A stretch of DNA of 64,000 nt, from positions 86,473 through 150,472 of the forward strand of contig JBEKII010000001.1 of assembly GCA_050011835.1 (NCBI GenBank), given 5' to 3'. The position numbers and the translations under genes are program-made. Under the pieces are notes generated by a model. It did no database searches, was not told the origin of the DNA, and saw only the letters and a program-made list of their open reading frames with translations. Source of the DNA: Minisyncoccia bacterium (GTDB taxonomy: Bacteria > Patescibacteriota > Minisyncoccia > Phycocordibacterales > Phycocordibacteraceae). Positions 18,733-28,482 of this stretch are shown piece by piece. The first letter of the stretch is position 1; the number at the start of each line of letters is the position of its first letter.

Positions 18733-20700
18733 TTACGCGCCAATGGACTTGATGAACGCTTTATTATTTGGTTTGCGGCCTAAGAATCCACGAACAAGAT
18801 TTATTTCTTTCATGCTAGAGCCTTTTTCCAGAATCCAACGGCGATAATCGCGGCCAGTTTTCGGATTACGCACGCCTTCTTTCTCAAATCGCGTGAACAT
18901 ATCCTGGGCGTAGACCTTGGACCATAAATAACTGTAATATCCGGCATCGTAGCCGCCTGCAATGTGCCCAAAGCCGGCAATCCAGAGTTGGCGCTTTGGC
19001 GGCGCGATGCCCATAAGGTTTTTGTCTAATTTCGCATACAATGCGACCGGGTCTTTCACATTTTTTGTATGAACAATGAGGTCAAGCGACGTGAGTATTA
19101 GCTGGCTGCGCACGCTCCAGGCCTCGCCGAAGAGGCGCGCATCAATCATCCGTTTGATGAGGTCTTTCGGCATCGGGTCGCCGGTTTTGTAATGGTGAGA
19201 AAAACGCGTGAGCATTTCCGCATCCCATACCCAATTCTCAAGCATCTGTGATGGCGCTTCCACGAAATCCATCGCGACGTTGAATCCCGACTGCGCTTTG
19301 TAGCGCGCCTTGGTAAGGGTGAAGTGCATAATATGTCCGAATTCATGAAAGAATGTCTCCACTTCTCCATGGCTCATAAGCGAAGGATTCGCGGCGCTCG
19401 GCTTTGGGAAATTAGCCATCATTGCGGCGAGCGGCGCGCGATACGAATTCCCTTCATGACGCCCGAAAGTTACTTCAACCACTGCCGCATGCCCGTATTT
19501 CCCCTCGCGCGGATACAAGTCAAGAATAAATGAAGAGAGATACTCGCCTGACGCATCATAGACGTCGTATAACTGGACATCCGGATGCCAGAACTTAACG
19601 TCAAAACGCCGTTTAAAAACAACCCCAAGCAGTTTCTGGTACGCATCCAATGTTGCCTGCTTCACACGTTCAAATGGGAAATATTCCTTAACAACATCGG
19701 AATCAATATCAAATTTCTCTTTGCGGATCTGCTTAAAAAGATACGAAACATCGTGCGCGCCGAGAATGGCTTTGGAGTTGCCGGTGCGGCGGCGCTTATC
19801 GGCTTTAAGCATCACAAGGTCGCGTGCCGCTTGTTTCTTAGTGCGTTTCTGAAGGTCTTTGACCAGACGCCATACATTTTTGGCCGATTTCGCCATTCGG
19901 AGTTCGGTCTGAAAGTCCGCATGAGTTTTGTAGCCAAGTAGTCGTGCGTTCTCGGCGCGGAGGCGGAACATTTTTTTAAGGATCTCGACATTTTTCAGGC
20001 CGCCCCTGCGAACAAATTTTTCAAGGAGCTCTTTGCGTCGCTCTTCATCGTGCGCACCGGCCATATAGGGGAAAACATCCGGGTATGCGAGCGTTACTTT
20101 ATATTTTTCCCCTGTCTTTGCCAAATTGACTTTGTAGCTCTGCGGCAGTCCGTCTAACTCGGCTTCAGTGACGAGAATGTGACCTTTGTATTCATTCAGA
20201 TTCCGATTAAATTCAAGAGAAAGTCTGCCGAGTGTTTTTATATTCGCTTTAAGCTTTGCGAATTTTGTTTTTGGCAGGTCAAAACCCATCCGCGCATATC
20301 CTTTCATCATATCTTCAAGGAGTAGTTTCTCCGGGCCGTGAAGTTTTTCTTTTTTCTTCGCATATTCCTTAAGCGCCCTGTACATCCGCGGGTCAAATTC
20401 AATTTCAACCAACTGCTTCTGCATTGATTCAAGCACTTTCCCGGCCGCGATGCGCACGTTCGGGTCGGGGCTTACCTCTTTGAGAAGCCCGATGCGATTC
20501 GTTTCATCTGACATCTGGTCATCAGATGATTCAAGCGCATATACCGTATTCTCAAATGTGCGCTCGGAAGCCGGAATTGAACGTATTTTGGCATGAGATT
20601 TTTTTTCTCGGCGAATGCCAGCCGCGGCGATGCGTTCAAAATCTTTTGCACCCCATTTTACCCATAAAAAATCCCTCTTTGTATATCGCTTGCGCTTCAT
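18733..20700 (-). CDS. M3 family zinc metallopeptidase (oligopeptidase A/Dcp-like)
   Basis: 655 aa with the HExxH zinc site (FHEFGHIMH) and a downstream E ligand (FVEAPSQMLENW). The overall length is typical of the M3 family. Confidence 0.8.
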   Translation of the reverse strand: MKRKRYTKRDFLWVKWGAKDFERIAAAGIRREKKSHAKIRSIPASERTFENTVYALESSDDQMSDETNRIGLLKEVSPDPNVRIAAGKVLESMQKQLVEIEFDPRMYRALKEYAKKKEKLHGPEKLLLEDMMKGYARMGFDLPKTKFAKLKANIKTLGRLSLEFNRNLNEYKGHILVTEAELDGLPQSYKVNLAKTGEKYKVTLAYPDVFPYMAGAHDEERRKELLEKFVRRGGLKNVEILKKMFRLRAENARLLGYKTHADFQTELRMAKSAKNVWRLVKDLQKRTKKQAARDLVMLKADKRRRTGNSKAILGAHDVSYLFKQIRKEKFDIDSDVVKEYFPFERVKQATLDAYQKLLGVVFKRRFDVKFWHPDVQLYDVYDASGEYLSSFILDLYPREGKYGHAAVVEVTFGRHEGNSYRAPLAAMMANFPKPSAANPSLMSHGEVETFFHEFGHIMHFTLTKARYKAQSGFNVAMDFVEAPSQMLENWVWDAEMLTRFSHHYKTGDPMPKDLIKRMIDARLFGEAWSVRSQLILTSLDLIVHTKNVKDPVALYAKLDKNLMGIAPPKRQLWIAGFGHIAGGYDAGYYSYLWSKVYAQDMFTRFEKEGVRNPKTGRDYRRWILEKGSSMKEINLVRGFLGRKPNNKAFIKSIGA

Positions 20701-20728
20701 AATCCGAAAAAGAGTACCATATTAAAAT

Positions 20729-20763
20729 AAATCACGCCCGTTGGATACTACTCCAATCCAACG
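20729..20763 (-). terminator. rho-independent terminator
   Basis: Perfect 12-bp stem CGCCCGTTGGAT/ATCCAACGGGCG with an 8-nt loop. Read on the minus strand it is followed by TGATTTATTTTAATAT. It lies between the 20781..21173 ORF and the M3 peptidase start. Confidence 0.6.
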
Positions 20764-20780
20764 GGCGCTCTAGATTGCTT

Positions 20781-21173
20781 CTAGTGAGTCACAAAGAGAT
20801 TGATTATCCGGGGATGATCACTAGCTAACCGGATAACCTGAACATCCATCTTTTTCTCATTTTCTTTCCGGTCTCCTTCTTTCCGGTTTCCAGTAATTCT
20901 TAGGACATCTCCGGGGCCTTTAACGTAATCGATGATTTTGGCAAGTAAGTCTTTTTGAATTTCTGTCGGCAATTTCACGAATTCTTCGGCAAAGAACCTT
21001 GCCGAAAATTCGGTGAACACCACAAATTCGGCGGAACGTTCTTTAAATGTATTGTCCCCGAAGAGCGTCATGTGGTATTCCAGATACCAATTACCCGACG
21101 CCGTTTTGCGGATTTTCTCCACGGTCGTACCCACAAAATTCAACAACTCCTTGGCTCCGACTTCTTTTCGCAT
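20781..21173 (-). CDS. hypothetical protein (130 aa)
   Basis: An AAAGGAGAAGG RBS sits 2 nt upstream of the ATG (MRKEVGAKELL). The longer ORF-track version overlaps ung and is rejected. Confidence 0.5.
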   Translation of the reverse strand: MRKEVGAKELLNFVGTTVEKIRKTASGNWYLEYHMTLFGDNTFKERSAEFVVFTEFSARFFAEEFVKLPTEIQKDLLAKIIDYVKGPGDVLRITGNRKEGDRKENEKKMDVQVIRLASDHPRIINLFVTH

Positions 21174-21276
21174 TTCCTTCTCCTTTCGTTTTTTTACTCG
21201 AGATTCGCGGAGGCGTGCCGGACCTCCTCTCGGAGTATTAAAGGTACATGGCACCATATCCAATATAGCATATGTG

Positions 21277-21951
21277 TTACAACCAGTCAATAGGTGTTTC
21301 ATCGTGCGCGATGAGGTAGTCGTTCGCTTTACTAAAATGTTTACAGCCAAAGAAGCCGGAATCAGCGGAGAAAGGCGAGGGGTGTGGCGCTTGGAGAACG
21401 AGGTGTTTGTTTCTATCAATGTGCGCGCCTTTCGCTTTTGCATAATTACCCCAGAGCATAAAAACGAGATGCTCCCGTTCTTCAGAAAGCGCTCGGATGG
21501 CGGCGTCGGTAAATAATTCCCACCCGCGCCCCTGATGCGAGCCGGCCATGTGCGCGCGAACGGTCAAGGTCGCATTCAACAAGAGAACGCCCTGCTCTGC
21601 CCAACGTGAAAGGTCTCCACTGCGGTGCACGAGCGGCTTTCCGAAATCGCTTTCAATTTCTTTAAAAATATTCTGAAGCGACGGCGGCACCGCTTCCCTC
21701 TCGGAGACAGCAAACGCGAGGCCGTTGGCCTGCCGCTGTCCATGATATGGATCTTGTCCAAGAATGACTACTTTTACTTTTTCAAACGGACAAAGGTCAA
21801 ATGCGCGGAAAATGTATTTCGGCGGCGGATACACCGTTTCATTTTGATATTCCTTCTTCACGAACGCGGCGAGCTCGGTGAAATATGGCTTCTCAAATTC
21901 CTCCGCGAGATATTTCTGCCACGATGGGTCGATCTTTACATTCGCCGTCAT
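21277..21951 (-). CDS. ung: uracil-DNA glycosylase, family 1
   Basis: Water-activating loop GQDPYH; an AF/AV (GLAFAVS) motif that in family 1 starts the GxxFSV catalytic region; a C-terminal HPSPFSA (HPSPLS-like) leucine-loop motif. Confidence 0.9.
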   Translation of the reverse strand: MTANVKIDPSWQKYLAEEFEKPYFTELAAFVKKEYQNETVYPPPKYIFRAFDLCPFEKVKVVILGQDPYHGQRQANGLAFAVSEREAVPPSLQNIFKEIESDFGKPLVHRSGDLSRWAEQGVLLLNATLTVRAHMAGSHQGRGWELFTDAAIRALSEEREHLVFMLWGNYAKAKGAHIDRNKHLVLQAPHPSPFSADSGFFGCKHFSKANDYLIAHDETPIDWL

Positions 21952-22208
21952 AATGCATTTTCTTTTCGGAGAAGTGTTCGTTTACGCGCCACGCCACGGT
22001 TGTAGCCGCCAATTCTTCCATCACTATAAATGACACGATGACACGGGATATAAGCGCGATAATTTGCGCGCAGGATTGCACCGACGGCGCGCGCGGCATA
22101 TGAATTTCCTGCACGCCGCGCCACTTCTTTATAGGATAAAACTTTCCCTCTCGGAATCTTTCTTACCACAGAAAGTACGCGCCCGCGGAATGGTTTAGCC
22201 AGCTTCAT
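21948..22208 (-). CDS. MGMT-family DNA-binding domain protein (O6-alkylguanine alkyltransferase C-terminal domain, active-site PCHRV present)
   Basis: 86 aa with helix-turn-helix and the alkyl-acceptor motif IPCHRVIYSDGRIGGY. It overlaps the ung start by 4 nt (ATGA). Confidence 0.75.
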   Translation of the reverse strand: MKLAKPFRGRVLSVVRKIPRGKVLSYKEVARRAGNSYAARAVGAILRANYRAYIPCHRVIYSDGRIGGYNRGVARKRTLLRKENAL

Positions 22209-22210
22209 AA

Positions 22211-23002
22211 TTAATTATTCTTCTGGCACAGTTCAAGAAATTTTTTGCCCGCATTCTCTCGATAGGTGCAGTACTCGCAAGGGCCGCCGCCAAATGCGGT
22301 CCCGATAGGCGGAATCTCATCGCTCACCAGCATTTTTTTCATATCAAAAATCATTGGTTCAATCCACGCATCACTGCCGGCATACGGAATAAGTTCCACA
22401 TCAAATTCAAGTTTTCCATCAAAGGCCCTCGCATCGGACTTCCCGTTCACATAAACGAAATAGCCCGTCGGCGAGACTGCGAATCCGTTCTTGCGGAATA
22501 ACCATTGGTAAATTTCCATCTGCCGCTTATACGAATCATACAAATCCTCTTCAGAGTTCGGGCCTTCTTTTTTGCTGGTCGCTTTATAGTCAACAATGAT
22601 AAACTCCCCGGCAGAATTCACCCATACGTCATCAATGCCGCCATGCACCAAGATATGCGTCGGCTCATGAAGATAGCTGATGCCGCGGCGCAGCGCATCG
22701 CGCCACTCGGATATTCGCTCATCAGCAAGTGGCACGGCATCAAGACCGAAACGCTCCATAAGCGGATGACGGCTGCCGCGGGCGCGATGAATATCGAACT
22801 CGCGTTTTAAGAGCTCATCAACGGCGTTATTGAGCGTGAATGCGGGCATAGAAGGCCGCTTGACACCAAGGCGAAGGTCGAGATAGGCGCAGCGCGGACA
22901 TTCAGAAAAGAGGTCTATTTTTGAACGACTTACCATAAATGGTTCGGCTGACGACGAATTAAACTGCCCACGTGCTTTCATTTTGGAATTAATCGTCGCC
23001 AT
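22211..23002 (-). CDS. PD-(D/E)xK nuclease family protein, Cas4/RecB-like with 4-Cys cluster
   Basis: An N-terminal Cys (SECPRCAYL) plus a C-terminal CEYCTY give the Cas4/AddB-type Fe-S arrangement. D..E-x-K core: GGIDDV...IIVDYKAT. There is no CRISPR array nearby. Confidence 0.65.
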   Translation of the reverse strand: MATINSKMKARGQFNSSSAEPFMVSRSKIDLFSECPRCAYLDLRLGVKRPSMPAFTLNNAVDELLKREFDIHRARGSRHPLMERFGLDAVPLADERISEWRDALRRGISYLHEPTHILVHGGIDDVWVNSAGEFIIVDYKATSKKEGPNSEEDLYDSYKRQMEIYQWLFRKNGFAVSPTGYFVYVNGKSDARAFDGKLEFDVELIPYAGSDAWIEPMIFDMKKMLVSDEIPPIGTAFGGGPCEYCTYRENAGKKFLELCQKNN

Positions 23003-23009
23003 ATTTACA

Positions 23010-23492
23010 TTATTGCGCGGTCGTGAAGTATGCGATTACCGGCGCGCCGGTGGTAAAATCAACATACACACTATTGGAGGCAGGATCAAATGCGCCATTT
23101 CCGTCATCACGATACAATTCAACTGCATAGGAGTGGTTCGGCACGGTCGCTCGTAAAAGAGGAACAGAGATGGAGCTGCGAGGACCGCTCACGCGCACGG
23201 CGCCAAGAACGTTTCCCAAATCGTTGCCGCTCATCTCGCGCACGGCAATCCAAACGCCAGGCGGCGGCACGGTAACCGATTCAATAACGGCCGTATCGCC
23301 TGAGGGCTGGTCGGTTACAGAAATCGCACTGCTTTCTGATGATGTCGTCGCAGTCGCGGTATTTACCGTAGAGGATGAGGAAGATGGTGCGGGCGTAGAA
23401 GTAAAATTGCCGCCTAAAAACCATGCGCCAATAAGCAGAGCGCCGAGCATAAAGCCGCCGACAAATGAGTAGAGAGAAAAAGAATTTTTCAT
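23010..23492 (-). CDS. hypothetical secreted/membrane-anchored protein
   Basis: 160 aa with an N-terminal TM/signal helix, an S/T-rich linker and a beta-rich C-terminus. Its stop overlaps the start of the Cas4-like gene region. Confidence 0.45.
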   Translation of the reverse strand: MKNSFSLYSFVGGFMLGALLIGAWFLGGNFTSTPAPSSSSSTVNTATATTSSESSAISVTDQPSGDTAVIESVTVPPPGVWIAVREMSGNDLGNVLGAVRVSGPRSSISVPLLRATVPNHSYAVELYRDDGNGAFDPASNSVYVDFTTGAPVIAYFTTAQ

Positions 23493-24358
23493 AGGGAAAC
23501 AGCGTCGTGCAATGTATCAGGAAACGCGAGAAGACCTTCAATCTCCGCAAGGAGCTCGCCAACCCGCTCGGGAGAAAAACGAAAAGAATCAAGCAAGCGA
23601 TGGTCTCGCGCGATTTCATCTACTGCAATGATTCCCTGCTCAATGAAGAGACGCTTTTCGGTGCGAGAGAGCCCCGTAAGCGTCGTAATCGGATACACTT
23701 TTGCTCGGCTCATGCGCATAAAGAGATTGTCGTCTATCGGATAGCCCCACCCGAGAAGCTCTACGCCCGCGCACTCGGCATACGCAATTGCTTCAGAAGT
23801 AAACTTGGTATTAGTTACTAAAAGCCCGCGGTCAATCTGGCAAGTGCGCGTCGCGGCGTCGCAGGAAAAAACGTCATCAAAACGACTTTTCACATACAAG
23901 GCAACTTTCAAATCGGTTTTATAGCTCGGGTCGTTGTGATACTTCAGCTCGGCGGCAAGATAAACGCCCTGCTCCGGATGCGATGCGTAAAGGTCTATTT
24001 CGTGTGCCACGCATTTCCCTTGTAATATCTTGCGTGTTTCAACTTGCCATCCTTCTGCACGATAAAGATGCGAAACGAAGTCCTCAAATGGATGACCGGT
24101 GGGGCCAAGCTCTAGAAGAGCGCGTCGTAGCGCATAACGAGCCGCGATCGGGCGTCCTTCCTTACGCAAAAGCGTAAAAGCGCGCGCATAAATTTCTTTT
24201 GAAGACGCGCCCTGCGTAATTGTATTCGTAATCGTTTCAGCGATATGCTCCGCCGCATGTTTGCCCGCACCTGCTCTCATGAGCGAAATAACGAGACGTG
24301 TTCGGTCAAAAATTTCGTTTGACCCATCGGCTTTAACAATGGTCGGCGGCAACGTCAT
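23489..24358 (-). CDS. ATP-cone domain protein fused to Mrr-like restriction endonuclease domain
   Basis: The start is set at the internal ATG (MTLPPTIVKADGSNEIFDRTRLVISLMRAGAG), which forms an ATGA overlap with the upstream ORF. It has an ATP-cone (NrdR-like), then a PD-(D/E)xK Mrr-type core (HEIDLYAS...AELKYH). Confidence 0.65.
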   Translation of the reverse strand: MTLPPTIVKADGSNEIFDRTRLVISLMRAGAGKHAAEHIAETITNTITQGASSKEIYARAFTLLRKEGRPIAARYALRRALLELGPTGHPFEDFVSHLYRAEGWQVETRKILQGKCVAHEIDLYASHPEQGVYLAAELKYHNDPSYKTDLKVALYVKSRFDDVFSCDAATRTCQIDRGLLVTNTKFTSEAIAYAECAGVELLGWGYPIDDNLFMRMSRAKVYPITTLTGLSRTEKRLFIEQGIIAVDEIARDHRLLDSFRFSPERVGELLAEIEGLLAFPDTLHDAVSL

Positions 24359-24765
24359 AAAATGCTGGTGGACGCCACAGAACCGTTCACTGTTACGGTA
24401 AGCGGCAAATGCGCCGATGCTGAAATCGTTGCAGAAAAGTTCATAAGCGTGGGTAACTGAAGACACACGCCGATATCTTCGGGCATGGAAAGCGCCACGA
24501 GGATACCTCTCGTGCTTGACGCGTTACCCAAAAGTGTCGCTTGAGCAGTTACTATCGTGCATGCATTCGGCGCGTTCAATGATCCGGTAATTGTGTGGAG
24601 ACCCTTTTTGAATGAGTCGTGCGCGGTAACGAGTGGAATGCTTGCTGTCTCGGTTTGTGGCGGCGCATGAATGATGTCGCGCGTGTGCGGTACCGAAAGT
24701 GCAAAACTTGCGGCAAGGACAAGGGCGAGAATGGCCGCAGCAACCCAAAAGTGCTTGTAGCTCAT
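24355..24765 (-). CDS. hypothetical secreted protein
   Basis: Start at MSYKHFWVAAAILALVLAAS, a signal/anchor helix, with an ATGA overlap with the mnmA stop. The rest is S/T/A-rich. Confidence 0.4.
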   Translation of the reverse strand: MSYKHFWVAAAILALVLAASFALSVPHTRDIIHAPPQTETASIPLVTAHDSFKKGLHTITGSLNAPNACTIVTAQATLLGNASSTRGILVALSMPEDIGVCLQLPTLMNFSATISASAHLPLTVTVNGSVASTSIL

Positions 24766-25694
24766 ATGGCAATAATACCACCGCCCACAAGCCCGCCATC
24801 CCAATAAAAGACGAGGGACTGACCGGGCGCAGGAATTTCCGGCAATGGTTGCGCGCTTACAAAACGACTTCCCTCAATGCGTCCCGCGATACGCGGGCCG
24901 CGGTAACGATACTGCGCCTCGGTCACGCGCGCCGGTTCATCAAACCAGTTCGCGTCAGTAAAAAAAATTTCTCGCATGGAAGATACGCGCGTTTTTGAAA
25001 TCATCACTTCTTTCTTTTCGACATCTTTCTTAACCACATACCACGGTCCATGTGGAAACGGGATTCTTTGCCCCATTGTGTAGAGAAGTACCGGATTATC
25101 ATTCCCCAATTCTTTTCTTAAAAATTCTTCAACTGAAATGCTTCCAAGAAAACATACTCCTTGGCTGTCTTTTTTCTCCGCCACCGGCAAATTGAAATGC
25201 TTTGCGAGCTTGCGTACTTCGCCTTTCTCCATATTCCCTACCGGGAAAATCGTCCCCGTCAAAATATCCTTCGGCACTGCCCAGAGGAAATAACTCTGGT
25301 CTTTTTCTCCCGAACGATAGTGCCCCATGGCGATGGCGTCTGCCCCCGCTTCTCTAGCGAAACGATAGAACGCACCGAACTTCACTTCTTTATTGCACAT
25401 CACATCCGGATTCGGCGTCCGCCCGGCACGATATTCGGCGAGCACATAATCAATAACGCTTTTTTTATATTCGACGCTTGCATCAAGCGTGCGAAATGGA
25501 ATATGAAGTCGCGCCGCGACGTGCATCGCGTCGCGGCGTTCCTCCGCCCATGTGCACGGCATTTCCGGCGGATACCAGCCCTTAATGAACACACCGGTCA
25601 CTTCGGCGCCCGCCTCCTTTAGAAGCGCCGCCGACACGGCCGAGTCCACCCCGCCCGAGAGTCCAACAAATATCTTTTTCCCTCGTACGTTCAT
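24762..25694 (-). CDS. mnmA: tRNA 2-thiouridine(34) synthase MnmA
   Basis: PP-loop SGGVDS at the N-terminus, and catalytic cysteines in GVCFLG and ...DVMCNKEVKF, matching MnmA/TrmU. Confidence 0.9.
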   Translation of the reverse strand: MNVRGKKIFVGLSGGVDSAVSAALLKEAGAEVTGVFIKGWYPPEMPCTWAEERRDAMHVAARLHIPFRTLDASVEYKKSVIDYVLAEYRAGRTPNPDVMCNKEVKFGAFYRFAREAGADAIAMGHYRSGEKDQSYFLWAVPKDILTGTIFPVGNMEKGEVRKLAKHFNLPVAEKKDSQGVCFLGSISVEEFLRKELGNDNPVLLYTMGQRIPFPHGPWYVVKKDVEKKEVMISKTRVSSMREIFFTDANWFDEPARVTEAQYRYRGPRIAGRIEGSRFVSAQPLPEIPAPGQSLVFYWDGGLVGGGIIAI

Positions 25695-25778
25695 CGTTAT
25701 ATCTAAACATGATTTGACTTTTGTATATAGTGTTGATAGGATATTTTTAGATTATTTTGTAATAAAAAGGGGGTTCCG

Positions 25779-26024
25779 ATGTCACGTACAAACAACTTAG
25801 ATAAAGCCGTATCTCACATAAAAAGAAATCGTGAGATAAGGAGAGACCAACTTGATGCTCTAGGCGTTACTAGTGAGCAGTTGAGAAAAACCTTAAAAAG
25901 AGATGGGTTCGGATTCGTCACTAGAGATTATAGTGATGAATCATTTAGAGGTCATCCGGATGAAATCTTTTTAGATTTGATTCATATCGAAGAAGATGAC
26001 GGTCCGGGGGGCATCGATTACTAG
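25779..26024 (+). CDS. hypothetical small acidic protein (81 aa)
   Basis: One of only four plus-strand genes. A GGGGG RBS sits 6 nt before the ATG, a strong terminator follows immediately, and the gene is AT-rich relative to its neighbours. Confidence 0.5.
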   Translation: MSRTNNLDKAVSHIKRNREIRRDQLDALGVTSEQLRKTLKRDGFGFVTRDYSDESFRGHPDEIFLDLIHIEEDDGPGGIDY

Positions 26025-26039
26025 GAAGTCTCGACAAAA

Positions 26040-26076
26040 TTGCAGAAAGGTGATTAACCCTTTCTGCAATTTTTTT
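26040..26076. terminator. bidirectional rho-independent terminator
   Basis: Perfect 11-bp stem TTGCAGAAAGG/CCTTTCTGCAA followed by TTTTTTT on the plus strand. It lies between the convergent 25779..26024 (+) gene and mltG (-). Confidence 0.7.
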
Positions 26077-26081
26077 ATTCT

Positions 26082-27020
26082 CTAATCCAAATACTTTCGC
26101 AAATTCGCTTGGTGGCCGGCGTAGGTCGTTGCGTAATGCATCAAGCCGTCTTTACCGGTCAGATAATAGAGATACTTCGTTTTTGTCGGGTGCAGAGCGG
26201 CTTCAAGAGAATCAAGGCCGGGATTGCATATCGGTGCCGCCGGAAGTCCTATGTGCGTATACGTGTCACGCGACGCATCTACTTGAAGCGGCATATTGAT
26301 AGCGATGCGATTCCAAAGAATTCCGGCCACAATGCGTTTATCGGCGCTGGTGTGCGCTTCCTTTTCAATCAGGGATGCCATAATCACAATATCAGAAAGC
26401 GAATGCCCGGACGCGCTTATATCTGTGGAAAGCGCCGCCGTTTTCGCATTAAAATTCACGCGCATCGTTTTTACCATTGAACCGACGTCCGTGTCGGACG
26501 GAAAGAAATAGGTATCGGGGAAAAGATACCCCTCATAAGGCTTCCCTGCTTTCAAAAAATTGGTCGCGGATATTCCGGGCACGGTCTCCGCAATCTGTGT
26601 CGCCATATCCTCTACAGTCGTTCCCTCAGGAAAAGTGACGCGAGAGAGTGGGAGACCATAATTACCGGCAATAATCCTATATGCGACACTAAACAAATTC
26701 TGTGGTGTTTGGAAACGGTATGCGCCCGCTTGAATATGGTCACTCCTCCCGCTCACGCGCAAAATAAATTGTAAGAGTGTCGGAGACGCAATGACATGCG
26801 CATCAGCGAGCTCTTTCGCCACAAGAGGTGCGGACGTTCCTTGCGCGATGACAACAATGCTTCCCGAAGGGAAGTCCGCGGGAGGCGAAAATAATACATG
26901 ATATACGCCCAAAAGAATTATGGCGAGCGCGAATATTCCCGCCCACATTCGCCGATGGTGGAGCACGTGAGACCTAAACGCAAGGAGAACCGCCTTGATG
27001 CGTCTCACGAAAGAATTCAT
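26082..27020 (-). CDS. mltG: endolytic murein transglycosylase MltG (YceG family)
   Basis: N-terminal TM anchor and a YceG-like domain (GTTVEDMATQIAE, catalytic-region LTGKDGLMHYATTYAGHQ). Confidence 0.8.
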   Translation of the reverse strand: MNSFVRRIKAVLLAFRSHVLHHRRMWAGIFALAIILLGVYHVLFSPPADFPSGSIVVIAQGTSAPLVAKELADAHVIASPTLLQFILRVSGRSDHIQAGAYRFQTPQNLFSVAYRIIAGNYGLPLSRVTFPEGTTVEDMATQIAETVPGISATNFLKAGKPYEGYLFPDTYFFPSDTDVGSMVKTMRVNFNAKTAALSTDISASGHSLSDIVIMASLIEKEAHTSADKRIVAGILWNRIAINMPLQVDASRDTYTHIGLPAAPICNPGLDSLEAALHPTKTKYLYYLTGKDGLMHYATTYAGHQANLRKYLD

Positions 27021-27023
27021 ATA

Positions 27024-28412
27024 TTAAACAGGCAAATTCGCAGGAGCTTCGCCTGTCGCCGACTGAATACGCCCAAGAGTTGGCGTTTCAACCGCGCGAG
27101 AAGGAATATGGAAAATAGTCGCGATTTCCTCGGTGCTCATCACCATCGTATCGTCTCTGAATAAACCAAAAGAAAACGGATCATAGAAGAATTGACGGCG
27201 GCGATACGCTTCAACGAGTCCGCGACGGACTTTATTCTTGAGTTTTTCAACGCCGAATTCCCATGGAAAATCATCAAATTGCATCATCCATTTTGTCGCC
27301 TTTAAACTATTCCATCTTTCTTCCGATTTTTCTTCTACCTGCGAGCCAAACTGCCTAAAAAGGCCAATTAAACTGAAGATGCAACTGACATTGAAGCTCT
27401 CCTGCTTCGCGACATATACGGCGCGCGCGCCCACATCAAAACCGAGCTTGGATACATTGCGTTCAATGGAAGCGATTTTTTCCGTTTGACCTTTAGTCGG
27501 ATTCGGGAAGCCGGGTCGTTCTTCGCCGGTGACTGGGTCAATGTAAGGGTCGCGCGTTGTCTTACGAATTTCCTCCACAAGTTCTTTCGCTTTATGTTTC
27601 CAGGTATAGCCACTTCCCTTTTCCTTGCGGTATTTATCGCCTTTATGAACGCGAATGACGAACTGAAGCCAAAGGTATTCGCCCTTCCCGATAGAACCCA
27701 TGAACTCAATGAGGTTCGCGAGCGGGTCAACTTGTTCCGGCTCTTTCTGCACTTTGTCAAGCCCAAATTCAACATAAGTCTTTATCGGCACGGGGTCAGG
27801 GTTCGTATGTTTATAATCACAGCCCCAAATTGACCATTCCTCGGGTGTCGCACTGATGAATCGCGTATAATCAACCGCTTCAACGATTTGTACGCCCGGA
27901 TATTGCGCGTACATCTGCGCCTCAATGATGCGGCGGTACGCGGCGCGCGTCCATATAAAAAAATGCACCTGGCCCTCCAGAGAAGCGATCTCCAGGGAAT
28001 ACCACTGACGTACCGAACCGCCAAAATATACCTTGAACCAACTGGCTTCGCCTTGAGCGAGATGTATGCCGGAGAGAAACGCTTCCATTGCGAGTGGCGT
28101 CTTTATGATATTGCGCGGCGGTTTTATTTCAAGAAGAATATAGGTCTGCGAGGCGATGAATTCTGAACGTTTGAAAACGAGCCAGAGCGCCCATGCGCCT
28201 CCGACAAGAAGGAAGGGCAACCATACGGGCGCTAGAAAAAGCGCGAGAGAGAATGCGAACGCAACCGCGCCGGGGATGAGCAAAAGTGCAATGACAAGAA
28301 GAACGAGGCCGAGAATAAAAAGCGGCCACTCATCGGATCGAAAACCGAGTTTGTCCAAAAGTTTGTCCTGCAGTTTTTTTACCGCAGAGAGAAATGGGAG
28401 TTTAAGCTTCAT
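27024..28412 (-). CDS. hypothetical integral membrane protein (462 aa)
   Basis: Three or four N-terminal TM helices, then a large soluble domain with no motif I can name. It is co-directional with, and immediately downstream of, the sigma-70-r4-like protein. Confidence 0.55.
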   Translation of the reverse strand: MKLKLPFLSAVKKLQDKLLDKLGFRSDEWPLFILGLVLLVIALLLIPGAVAFAFSLALFLAPVWLPFLLVGGAWALWLVFKRSEFIASQTYILLEIKPPRNIIKTPLAMEAFLSGIHLAQGEASWFKVYFGGSVRQWYSLEIASLEGQVHFFIWTRAAYRRIIEAQMYAQYPGVQIVEAVDYTRFISATPEEWSIWGCDYKHTNPDPVPIKTYVEFGLDKVQKEPEQVDPLANLIEFMGSIGKGEYLWLQFVIRVHKGDKYRKEKGSGYTWKHKAKELVEEIRKTTRDPYIDPVTGEERPGFPNPTKGQTEKIASIERNVSKLGFDVGARAVYVAKQESFNVSCIFSLIGLFRQFGSQVEEKSEERWNSLKATKWMMQFDDFPWEFGVEKLKNKVRRGLVEAYRRRQFFYDPFSFGLFRDDTMVMSTEEIATIFHIPSRAVETPTLGRIQSATGEAPANLPV

Positions 28413-28482
28413 GAGTTTCAGTATAGCAATAAAAACAAACAGCGCTCGCCAGTTGGCGAGCGCTGTTTGTGTACAGTTTTAT

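Noticed and set aside
20781-21443. 220-aa version of the hypothetical ORF overlapping ung
   Set aside because: The upstream 90 codons overlap the ung 3' end, and a strong RBS precedes the internal ATG at 21173.
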